Below, one piece after another: positions 13,024 through 23,943 of a stretch of DNA of 64,000 nucleotides (position 1 is the stretch's first letter; each line of letters opens with the position of its first letter). The notes under the pieces were generated by a model that saw only the letters and a list, made by a program, of their open reading frames with translations, was not told the origin of the DNA and did not search any database. Both the position numbers and the translations under genes were made by a program. This DNA comes from Antedon mediterranea (Eukaryota; Animalia; Echinodermata). The stretch lies in assembly GCF_964355755.1 (NCBI RefSeq), contig NC_092675.1, forward strand, positions 14,666,912-14,730,911, written 5' to 3'.

Positions 13024-13716
13024 ATGAATTCTACTCAAAATCAATCCGGTAGTAAGAGAGTTTTTTCTTCTTCAAAAGGACAGAGTGCTGTATCTAATCG
13101 AGTAAAGATACACAAAGTTTCACATCAACACGGCACAGCAGTACCTTCAAATTGTATGACGTGTTTAATGGCGATTCAACCCCCACCTCCAATGAACGTT
13201 GATTTCAATAATGTATCTAATACTGAAGAAGACGAACATTATAGATCGAGAATAATTTCTGAAGAGGAGAGGATTTTATACGACGACACGTCATCGGTAG
13301 TTGACTACCACCTATTTCTAGCAAGAAAAGCCGATGTAGAAGATGAGGTAAAAGATGAGGTGTTTGCAGAAGAGTACCTGAACCCTGTGCTGGAGGCGGA
13401 GATTAAGAAAGAAACTACCGAACTTGAGTACAAAGAAATAATGAGAACAATTGAGAAGGTTTTCATAGAAGAATTTATATTCATTCTGAAGGACATGGTT
13501 GAACGTTATAACTTTCACGGCTCAAGATATGAACAACTCCTAACATTTTTTCGACCAATTCTGGCATTGAAACTTGTGGACAATAGCGCTACCCATTTTG
13601 AATGGGCGCTAAACTACTTTCATTTACGTTGCATCAATGTTGATGCGTTCGATAAAGCCATAAAGTTGATTACAAATGATTCAGAACTTTTTAATAAGAT
13701 TCTTTACCAATTGTAA
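13024..13716 (+). CDS. Orphan 230-aa cargo protein (left-arm copy)
   Basis: Long open frame in very AT-rich DNA with ATG at 13024. HxH...CxxC motif, PPPP, acidic middle and helical-looking C-terminus. No family recognised. Confidence 0.65.
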   Translation: MNSTQNQSGSKRVFSSSKGQSAVSNRVKIHKVSHQHGTAVPSNCMTCLMAIQPPPPMNVDFNNVSNTEEDEHYRSRIISEEERILYDDTSSVVDYHLFLARKADVEDEVKDEVFAEEYLNPVLEAEIKKETTELEYKEIMRTIEKVFIEEFIFILKDMVERYNFHGSRYEQLLTFFRPILALKLVDNSATHFEWALNYFHLRCINVDAFDKAIKLITNDSELFNKILYQL

Positions 13717-13971
13717 TTTGTACAAATTTAAAATAATATCTTAACACTTTTTTAATTAATGTTACATAATTTTATAATTCTTATTTCTTTTCGGTAAATT
13801 TATTATTATTATGGTTATAAATTATATTGAAATAGAATGTGTGTTAAAATAAAGGTTGTGTTTTTTTCTTTTAAAAGCAACAAGAACGAAAATGAAATTT
13901 GATCTTTGCGTGTTATTTAAGTATTTGATTTATTTTTTTAATTTTCATTTGGGTGAATGAGGGTAATGAAT

Positions 13972-14203
13972 ATGAATGAGTACTTAAGAAAAGTATATTA
14001 AGATCCTAAGCATCCTGATAGTTTTGGTGGTGTGGACCGACTTTATCAAAATGTAAAAGACGATTTAAATATTACCAAGAGACAAGTTCAAGACTGACTG
14101 AACAAGCAATACATTACACACATCCATTCAACGTAAATTCAAACAAAACTGGGTACTTGTAAGTGCTATTGATGAACAATGGGGAATGGATTTGGAAAAA
14201 TAA
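13972..14203 (+). pseudogene. Maverick retroviral-like integrase, N-terminal remnant
   Basis: MNEYLRKVY*DPKHPDSFGGVDRLY...QVQD*LNKQ, then after a frameshift RKFKQNWVLVSAIDEQWGMDL. Matches the YYDP..P.SFGG / IDEQWQ.DL pattern of Polinton integrases. Confidence 0.85.
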
Positions 14204-15248
14204 CGTGTATAAAATTTGATTCAGACAAACTGTTTGCAAAATCAAAGGTTTGACTCTAGATTTCTAAAAATCAAAGGAAGTCAATTTTGAAATAGTTGGT
14301 AGCATGGTACGAGGAATCGGACTGGAAAAAATAACAACAACTAATCCTAACAAAATAAACCGTAAACCAAAATCTCACTTAATATTTATTTTTTATAAAT
14401 TTGTAAAAGTAGTTACCCTATTTTAATTCATGGTAAATTTATTTTTCGAATTAATTTAATTTGTTTTATTTTCTGTTGAATTTTTATTATTATTATGTTT
14501 GTAAAGTGTATTGCAATAGATTTGTTTAATAAAATAAATTAATTATGTTTTGACTTAATTTATGTCAGTGTAAATTTGTAAAAGTAGTTTTCCTATTTTA
14601 ATTCATGATAAGTTTATTTCTTGACTTTGCTTAATTTTTTCTTTTCTGTTAAAAGTAGAATGTGTATTGAAATACATTTTGTTTTTAACATCAACAACAA
14701 AAATGAAATTTGATCTTTGCGTGTTGTTTAACTCGTGTATGAAGTTTTTGAATTTGTTAAATGTAATTGCAAACATACATATTAAATGATTGTGATTAAA
14801 AATATTCTGTTTACTTTTTATTTTTTATTTTAAACAGTAGTATTTTTAACAGTAGTTATATTTTATATATAGGTAATATTACAAAAATAAACATACAAAA
14901 TGTATAAAGCATAGACTTATTAAATTTAAATACAATTTCTTTATTTCAAAATGAATTTCATTTTATACGTGTTTTCAATTTTAAATCTTTTAAGAAAGAC
15001 ACAATACGTACTGATATAAAAACGCACACAAAAGGAAACAAATTTGAGACGCACGGTTTGTAACGACACTTTCAATAAGAAGGAATATTATAAATGTATT
15101 TTTACCAAATTTATAAAGTAAATGTTTATTATTGAGAAATATACATTTTAGATAAATGATAACACATCTAAAATTAATTAGAGAGATCAATACAATATGG
15201 TGTTCATAATAATTTGTTTTGATGACTAGAGGAAACATCTGAAGACAT

Positions 15249-15818
15249 TCAACGAAAAACAAGCGTTAACACCATACCAGTCACTAAAAATGCCACTGCT
15301 TCGAAAAAAAACATCTCCCTTCCTACACAGAGACAAATTCTGAACGAAAATAATAAATAAAAATAATTAGTAAACAAAACACGCGCATTATAAATAATGA
15401 TGATGAATAATTTAAGAATATTTGTTAAACTACCCACGAACAAAAAACGAACCATACTAACCGACTCATCGTCATTACGAAGTTCAAATAACGAAAACTT
15501 TTCCTTGAAAAATCCACAGGAGACACGTTTTACATTTTCTAACTGCAATTCTGTGTCACATTGTGTCGCAACACATGTACATACAACGAGTCCTGTCACA
15601 AGTCTGCCGACGTTTATTTTTCTATCGCTCATCATTTGTTTTAATACATAATACAGCGCTTCCAAAGAAATATCTTTACACAATTCTAACACATTAAAAT
15701 TGTTTTCCAACTCTTTACAAGCACGAATAGCACTCTGGAGGATGGGTGAATCCAAAACAACTAACCCCGTCATTTTATATTCAATGTATGCTAAAACTAT
15801 TTCCTCTAAATCAACCAT
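15249..15818 (-). CDS. Bcl-2-family-like protein (left-arm copy)
   Basis: BH4-like IVLAYIEYKM, BH3-like AIRACKELENNF, BH1-like MMSDRKINVGRLVTGL, C-terminal hydrophobic anchor AVAFLVTGMVLTLVFR. Probable intron. Confidence 0.72.
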   Translation of the reverse strand: MVDLEEIVLAYIEYKMTGLVVLDSPILQSAIRACKELENNFNVLELCKDISLEALYYVLKQMMSDRKINVGRLVTGLVVCTCVATQCDTELQLENVKRVSCGFFKEKFSLFELRNDDESVSMVRFLFVGSLTNILKLFIIIIYNARVLFTNYFYLLFSFRICLCVGREMFFFEAVAFLVTGMVLTLVFR

Positions 15819-17218
15819 AACACTCGACAAAACAAATGATAATGGATGTAATTACCAAGAAAGTTACAACTTAAAACCTTTATTTTTGTTTTTAAAAAGA
15901 AGTTGTAACATAGAAACTAATTTTGTCAGGAAATGTGTTTTTATTATTTATGTGATTTATTTGTGTTTAGAAAGTTACAACATTAACATTTAATTTGGTA
16001 AAAAAATGTGAATATACGGAGCCGATTGTAATTTTTAATCCTTAGTATACTGAGAGATTTTATAAACAAAAAAAGAGCGAACGGAAATTAATGATTGCAG
16101 ATTAGACATATAGAAATGGATTGAAATTGGAAATCTACATGATCAAAGAAAAGAAACCCATTGTTCCGACAGAAGCTAATGACATTTACAAAGGATGACA
16201 CACTTTGAATAGAATAAATACCGTATAACATACTTAAATTTTGTCAAGATAGTTGTCAAAAATAAATAAAATATATTATACTGAATTTACTTTGTACATT
16301 TATTTAATTTAGGCCGTAATTAGGTTTGTTGTTCATTTATGATTGTGACAAAAAAAAAATACATACTAATAAAACAGCTATAGGCCTATAAAAAAAGTAA
16401 AAAAAAAAAAAAAATAATGATTCAATGTTATAATTTTATTTACCTGTCATTATGTTAATAAAACATATATAAATTTAATTTATGTCATGTTAGATATATT
16501 TTCAAGAACATTTGTTACATACAAATAATTTTGTAAAGAAATTTGTTACGTAAGATAAATTTGTTAAGAAGTTTGTTTCATAAAAATAGTTGTGAAGATA
16601 AATTTGTTAGGGCCTACATAAAAATAATTTTGTAAAGAAATTTGTTACAGAAAATTATTTTGCAAAGAATTAGTTGCATCAATTGATTTTATCAAACGTA
16701 TGTAACATAAAAAAATTATGTTGTTGAATAAAATATTTTGTAATTCAGTCCATTTGCTCAGTAGTTTGTTTAAGTTGTTAAGTCTTGTTTGTGTAATATT
16801 CTTGTAAATAAAAGAATTTACTTTTAACCTTTGTAATTATTTTGTAAATATCATTTATGCATTTTTTTTTTCGTAAATAATTGAATTTATTTATACTTTT
16901 TTTGTATGGGAATCAATATTTGTTTATACATTTAATTGTGATTATAGATTTCTTCTTTATTTAGTATGTCGATTAATTTCAGATTCAGAAACATGTTACA
17001 CAAGAAACAAAAATTGTCATGAAATTCGTTACATAAAAAAATAATTTATCAAGAATCTTTTTTTTACATAAATTTAAATTTATCATTAATTTTGTTATAA
17101 AATTTATTTTGTCATTACATTTTGTTACATAAAAAATAGTTGTTTCATGATTCTTGTTTCTTTTGTTCAGTACTTATATGAAAATTCAAGTTAAGAACGC
17201 AATGACAATGACTGGATG

Positions 17219-17398
17219 TTTAGCGTGATTAGCGGACCGCTTTTCTTCGGTAAATCGGTATTTGTTAACACTCTTTTAGAGAATAATTACTTTGACAAGT
17301 CGTTTGATGATATGACATAGTGTTATGGCGAATATCAAACTTAGTTTACGGAACTAATTACTGCAACATCTGACATAAGTTATAAGAAGGGTATACTT
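17219..17398 (+). pseudogene. Maverick packaging ATPase (FtsK/A32-like) remnant
   Basis: FSVISGPLFFGKSVFVNTLLEN...*CYGEYQ...SYKKGI: degenerate Walker A plus the WCYGEWQ-like motif. Two stops. Confidence 0.75.
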
Positions 17399-18077
17399 AT
17401 ACATTGGATGTTTTCGATGTTAGTAAATAACACAATGGTGAATAACTAGATGTTTACACCTTCACTGCTATAATTACAGTTAGAATGTCATGAAGGGTAA
17501 ATCGGTATTCTTTAAAGAATTAGGCCTATAAAACAATTAAATTGTCGAGTTGTTTGTGTTTACATGTGTGTCATAGTAGAGAATGAATTATAAAACCATT
17601 ACATTGTCGAGTTTCTTGACGTTAGAGAAGTAAATGCTGTTTGTGTTTACATGCGTGTCATAGTAGAGTTTTGTGTTTATATGCGTGTCATAGTAGAGTT
17701 TGTAATTACATTTTTTTTTCAATATAAATGTATTATATGTTATCGATAGTTGTTGAAAAAAAAAATGTAATTACAAACTCTACTATGACACGCATATAAA
17801 CACAAAACTCTACTATGACACGCATGTAAACACAAACAGCATTTACTTCTCTAACGTCAAGAAACTCGACAATGTAATGGTTTTATAATTCATTCTCTAC
17901 TATGACACACATGTAAACACAAACAACTCGACAATTTAATTGTTTTATAGGCCTAATTCTTTAAAGAATACCGATTTACCCTTCATGACATTCTAACTGT
18001 AATTATAGCAGTGAAGGTGTAAACATCTAGTTATTCACCATTGTGTTATTTACTAACATCGAAAACATCCAATGTAT

Positions 18078-18257
18078 AAGTATACCCTTCTTATAACTTA
18101 TGTCAGATGTTGCAGTAATTAGTTCCGTAAACTAAGTTTGATATTCGCCATAACACTATGTCATATCATCAAACGACTTGTCAAAGTAATTATTCTCTAA
18201 AAGAGTGTTAACAAATACCGATTTACCGAAGAAAAGCGGTCCGCTAATCACGCTAAA
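18078..18257 (-). pseudogene. Packaging ATPase remnant (right-arm mirror)
   Basis: Reverse complement of 17219-17398 with the same stops. Confidence 0.75.
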
Positions 18258-19656
18258 CATCCAGTCATTGTCATTGCGTTCTTAACTTGAATTTTCATAT
18301 AAGTACTGAACAAAAGAAACAAGAATCATGAAACAACTATTTTTTATGTAACAAAATGTAATGACAAAATAAATTTTATAACAAAATTAATGATAAATTT
18401 AAATTTATGTAAAAAAAAGATTCTTGATAAATTATTTTTTTATGTAACGAATTTCATGACAATTTTTGTTTCTTGTGTAACATGTTTCTGAATCTGAAAT
18501 TAATCGACATACTAAATAAAGAAGAAATCTATAATCACAATTAAATGTATAAACAAATATTGATTCCCATACAAAAAAAGTATAAATAAATTCAATTATT
18601 TACGAAAAAAAAAATGCATAAATGATATTTACAAAATAATTACAAAGGTTAAAAGTAAATTCTTTTATTTACAAGAATATTACACAAACAAGACTTAACA
18701 ACTTAAACAAACTACTGAGCAAATGGACTGAATTACAAAATATTTTATTCAACAACATAATTTTTTTATGTTACATACGTTTGATAAAATCAATTGATGC
18801 AACTAATTCTTTGCAAAATAATTTTCTGTAACAAATTTCTTTACAAAATTATTTTTATGTAGGCCCTAACAAATTTATCTTCACAACTATTTTATGAAAC
18901 AAACTTCTTAACAAATTTATCTTACGTAACAAATTTCTTTACAAAATTATTTGTATGTAACAAATGTTCTTGAAAATATATCTAACATGACATAAATTAA
19001 ATTTATATATGTTTTATTAACATAATGACAGGTAAATAAAATTATAACACTGAATCATTATTTTTTTTTTTTTTTTACTTTTTTTATAGGCCTATAGCTG
19101 TTTTATTAGTATGTATTTTTTTTTTGTCACAATCATAAATGAACAACAAACCTAATTACGGCCTAAATTAAATAAATGTACAAAGTAAATTCAGTATAAT
19201 ATATTTTATTTATTTTTGACAACTATCTTGACAAAATTTAAGTATGTTATACGGTATTTATTCTATTCAAAGTGTGTCATCCTTTGTAAATGTCATTAGC
19301 TTCTGTCGGAACAATGGGTTTCTTTTCTTTGATCATGTAGATTTCCAATTTCAATCCATTTCTATATGTCTAATCTGCAATCATTAATTTCCGTTCGCTC
19401 TTTTTTTGTTTATAAAATCTCTCAGTATACTAAGGATTAAAAATTACAATCGGCTCCGTATATTCACATTTTTTTACCAAATTAAATGTTAATGTTGTAA
19501 CTTTCTAAACACAAATAAATCACATAAATAATAAAAACACATTTCCTGACAAAATTAGTTTCTATGTTACAACTTCTTTTTAAAAACAAAAATAAAGGTT
19601 TTAAGTTGTAACTTTCTTGGTAATTACATCCATTATCATTTGTTTTGTCGAGCGTT

Positions 19657-20226
19657 ATGGTTGATTTAGAGGAAATAGTTTTAGCATACATTGAATATAA
19701 AATGACGGGGTTAGTTGTTTTGGATTCACCCATCCTCCAGAGTGCTATTCGTGCTTGTAAAGAGTTGGAAAACAATTTTAATGTGTTAGAATTGTGTAAA
19801 GATATTTCTTTGGAAGCGCTGTATTATGTATTAAAACAAATGATGAGCGATAGAAAAATAAACGTCGGCAGACTTGTGACAGGACTCGTTGTATGTACAT
19901 GTGTTGCGACACAATGTGACACAGAATTGCAGTTAGAAAATGTAAAACGTGTCTCCTGTGGATTTTTCAAGGAAAAGTTTTCGTTATTTGAACTTCGTAA
20001 TGACGATGAGTCGGTTAGTATGTTTCGTTTTTTGTTCGTGGGTAGTTTAACAAATATTCTTAAATTATTCATCATCATTATTTATAATGCGCGTGTTTTG
20101 TTTACTAATTATTTTTATTTATTATTTTCGTTCAGAATTTGTCTCTGCGTAGGAAGGGAGATGTTTTTTTTCGAAGCAGTGGCATTTTTAGTGACTGGTA
20201 TGGTGTTAACGCTTGTTTTTCGTTGA
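19657..20226 (+). CDS. Bcl-2-family-like protein (right-arm copy)
   Basis: Mirror of 15249-15818 with ATG at 19657. One amino-acid difference (V/F) inside the putative intron. Confidence 0.72.
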   Translation: MVDLEEIVLAYIEYKMTGLVVLDSPILQSAIRACKELENNFNVLELCKDISLEALYYVLKQMMSDRKINVGRLVTGLVVCTCVATQCDTELQLENVKRVSCGFFKEKFSLFELRNDDESVSMFRFLFVGSLTNILKLFIIIIYNARVLFTNYFYLLFSFRICLCVGREMFFFEAVAFLVTGMVLTLVFR

Positions 20227-21270
20227 ATGTCTTCAGATGTTTCCTCTAGTCATCAAAACAAATTATTATGAACACCATATTGTATTGATCTCTCTAATTA
20301 ATTTTAGATGTGTTATCATTTATCTAAAATGTATATTTCTCAATAATAAACATTTACTTTATAAATTTGGTAAAAATACATTTATAATATTCCTTCTTAT
20401 TGAAAGTGTCGTTACAAACCGTGCGTCTCAAATTTGTTTCCTTTTGTGTGCGTTTTTATATCAGTACGTATTGTGTCTTTCTTAAAAGATTTAAAATTGA
20501 AAACACGTATAAAATGAAATTCATTTTGAAATAAAGAAATTGTATTTAAATTTAATAAGTCTATGCTTTATACATTTTGTATGTTTATTTTTGTAATATT
20601 ACCTATATATAAAATATAACTACTGTTAAAAATACTACTGTTTAAAATAAAAAATAAAAAGTAAACAGAATATTTTTAATCACAATCATTTAATATGTAT
20701 GTTTGCAATTACATTTAACAAATTCAAAAACTTCATACACGAGTTAAACAACACGCAAAGATCAAATTTCATTTTTGTTGTTGATGTTAAAAACAAAATG
20801 TATTTCAATACACATTCTACTTTTAACAGAAAAGAAAAAATTAAGCAAAGTCAAGAAATAAACTTATCATGAATTAAAATAGGAAAACTACTTTTACAAA
20901 TTTACACTGACATAAATTAAGTCAAAACATAATTAATTTATTTTATTAAACAAATCTATTGCAATACACTTTACAAACATAATAATAATAAAAATTCAAC
21001 AGAAAATAAAACAAATTAAATTAATTCGAAAAATAAATTTACCATGAATTAAAATAGGGTAACTACTTTTACAAATTTATAAAAAATAAATATTAAGTGA
21101 GATTTTGGTTTACGGTTTATTTTGTTAGGATTAGTTGTTGTTATTTTTCCAGTCCGATTCCTCGTACCATGCTACCAACTATTTCAAAATTGACTTCCTT
21201 TGATTTTTAGAAATCTAGAGTCAAACCTTTGATTTTGCAAACAGTTTGTCTGAATCAAATTTTATACACG

Positions 21271-21502
21271 TTATTTTTCCAAATCCATTCCCCATTGTTC
21301 ATCAATAGCACTTACAAGTACCCAGTTTTGTTTGAATTTACGTTGAATGGATGTGTGTAATGTATTGCTTGTTCAGTCAGTCTTGAACTTGTCTCTTGGT
21401 AATATTTAAATCGTCTTTTACATTTTGATAAAGTCGGTCCACATCACCAAAACTATCAGGATGCTTAGGATCTTAATATACTTTTCTTAAGTACTCATTC
21501 AT
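21271..21502 (-). pseudogene. Maverick integrase remnant (right-arm mirror)
   Basis: Reverse complement of 13972-14203 with the same stops. Confidence 0.85.
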
Positions 21503-21756
21503 ATTCATTACCCTCATTCACCCAAATGAAAATTAAAAAAATAAATCAATACTTAAATAACACGCAAAGATCAAATTTCATTTTCGTTCTTGTTGCTTTT
21601 AAAAGAAAAAAACACAACCTTTATTTTAACACACATTCTATTTCAATATAATTTATAACCATAATAATAATAAATTTACCGAAAAGAAATAAGAATTATA
21701 AAATTATGTAACATTAATTAAAAAAGTGTTAAGATATTATTTTAAATTTGTACAAA

Positions 21757-22449
21757 TTACAATTGGTAAAGAATCTTATTAAAAAGTTCTGAATCATTTG
21801 TAATCAACTTTATGGCTTTATCGAACGCATCAACATTGATGCAACGTAAATGAAAGTAGTTTAGCGCCCATTCAAAATGGGTAGCGCTATTGTCCACAAG
21901 TTTCAATGCCAGAATTGGTCGAAAAAATGTTAAGAGTTGTTCATATCTTGAGCCGTGAAAGTTATAACGTTCAACCATGTCCTTCAGAATGAATATAAAT
22001 TCTTCTATGAAAACCTTCCCAATTGTTCTCATTATTTCTTTGTACTCAAGTTCGGTAGTTTCTTTCTTAATCTCCGCCTCCAGCACAGGGTTCAGGTACT
22101 CTTCTGCAAACACCTCATCTTCTACCTCATCTTCTACATCGGCTTTTCTTGCTAGAAATAGGTGGTAGTCAACTACCGATGACGTGTCGTCGTATAAAAT
22201 CCTCTCCTCTTCAGAAATTATTCTCGATCTATAATGTTCGTCTTCTTCAGTATTAGATACATTATTGAAATCAACGTTCATTGGAGGTGGGGGTTGAATC
22301 GCCATTAAACACGTCATACAATTTGAAGGTACTGCTGTGCCGTGTTGATGTGAAACTTTGTGTATCTTTACTCGATTAGATACAGCACTCTGTCCTTTTG
22401 AAGAAGAAAAAACTCTCTTACTACCGGATTGATTTTGAGTAGAATTCAT
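21757..22449 (-). CDS. Orphan 230-aa cargo protein (right-arm copy)
   Basis: Mirror of 13024-13716 with two amino-acid differences (K/E, E/G). Confidence 0.65.
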   Translation of the reverse strand: MNSTQNQSGSKRVFSSSKGQSAVSNRVKIHKVSHQHGTAVPSNCMTCLMAIQPPPPMNVDFNNVSNTEEDEHYRSRIISEEERILYDDTSSVVDYHLFLARKADVEDEVEDEVFAEEYLNPVLEAEIKKETTELEYKEIMRTIGKVFIEEFIFILKDMVERYNFHGSRYEQLLTFFRPILALKLVDNSATHFEWALNYFHLRCINVDAFDKAIKLITNDSELFNKILYQL

Positions 22450-23814
22450 CCTGATAGATAATAACAGCAGGATAAAGAACAGATGACTAAATGTTAAAAA
22501 TCTAAAGCAGGAAAACTGTACTGTTTTCAAATTAACAATGTGTATATATATATAGTAAATCAGGTACCGTGTTAAAAATAAAATAATTTAAATATATCAT
22601 ACTTAATTCAATAATTCTTAGAATAAATACCAACGCAATTACTAAGTATTCATTAAAACACTCTCATATTAATAAAAATATATTAATATTCACGAATATT
22701 AAAACATCTCATTACTTATTCATTGGACTGAGATCGCTACGCTTACAAAAACAACGAATTATGATTGGTAGATTAATCTTATTGGTTCATTGCCTGATGA
22801 CGTCACATACCCGCTAAAATCACAGGATTTGAAAAAATAGACAGCGGATTGATGTTATGATTTTGTTCTTATACAAACATAAAAAAAGCAGTAATTAAAG
22901 CTGATTAAACTTGTAGATTTTATTCATTAAAATATACTATAATATCAGACTTCTCAATGAAGGTAAGCACATTATTTTTAATTTTTATTTATTTATTTAT
23001 TACCATCTTTATATATTGAAGGAATACCCTTAAAAAATAATGCGGTTATGTAACTAAACGAAAAAACAAAAGGATAAAAAACTAAAAAAATAATTAAATA
23101 ACTTTTAATATCTTTGAATATCTCAACAAGGACAACGAATTCTAATTTCATTAGCATTATGCTTATAAGGAATCTTATTGGTTCATTGCCGGATGACGTC
23201 ACATACCCGCTAAAATCACAGAATTACAAAAAATGACCTGTCCACGCCTCACATGTAAACTAATTCCATGGAAAGACAGCGAATTGATGTTATTATTCCT
23301 TATACAAACATAAAAAACAGTAATCAAAGCTGATTAAACTTGTGGATTTTATTCATTAAACTGTACATCAGACTTCTCAATGAAGGTAAGCACATTGTCT
23401 TTAATATTTAAATGTAAATATTTATTTAAACATTATGTAATACATGTATTACGTTTGAAAATTATACATAAAACTATCACTCATTTACTAATTATTCATT
23501 AAAATACCCCTCATATTAATAAAAATATATTAATATTCATGAATATTAAAACATTTTATTACTTCTTCATTGGACTGAGATCGCTAAACAAATTAATTTA
23601 TTCATTTATTCAAAAATAATACCATTTTAATTATTAAATATTCATAAAACTACCCCCCTAATTAATTATTCATTCATATTAATTACACTCATAATTAATA
23701 TATTAATATTCATTAATTAATTTATGAATTATTCATTGGACTGTACGGGATATTATACTACTACTCTCGTACAGAAAAAAAAATCGCCCCCCCCCCCCTC
23801 CCCCCGCCTGTTGG

Positions 23815-23943
23815 AATCACTTCTCAGTGGAGTACGTCCTCTAGCCTTCGGCTTTACCTCACTGCCTGTCACTCACAGTCACACACAACCAGTTAGATGT
23901 AAAGCCGAAGGCTAGAGGGCGTACTCCAGACTGAAAAGTGATT
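23815..23943. repeat. ~130-bp hairpin MITE-like element
   Basis: AATCACTT-CAGT-GGAGTACG-CCTCTAGCCTTCGGCTTTAC pairs with GTAAAGCCGAAGGCTAGAGG-CGTACTCC-ACTG-AAGTGATT. Confidence 0.6.

Larger units (their letters stand above)
11711..23762. mobile_element. Fully palindromic non-autonomous Maverick/Polinton derivative (12,052 bp)
   Basis: Termini AGTAGT...ACTACT. 6-bp TSD ACTCTC (11705-11710, 23763-23768). Arms 11711-17722 and 17753-23762 are reverse complements, spacer 17723-17752. Contains integrase and ATPase remnants. Confidence 0.92.

Noticed and set aside
14990-15993. Short ORFs overlapping or flanking the Bcl-2-like gene (90, 84, 97 aa) and their mirrors
   Set aside because: Antisense or AT-rich low-complexity frames with no motifs.
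16005-16200. Possible protein-primed PolB C-terminal remnant (EPIVIFNP*Y...)
   Set aside because: Similarity is too weak to support by eye.
11711-23762. Palindrome as a pure sequencing or assembly fold-back artefact
   Set aside because: Symmetry ends exactly at the element termini with a direct TSD and unique flanks, and the arms differ by substitutions. Read-level confirmation is still advisable.
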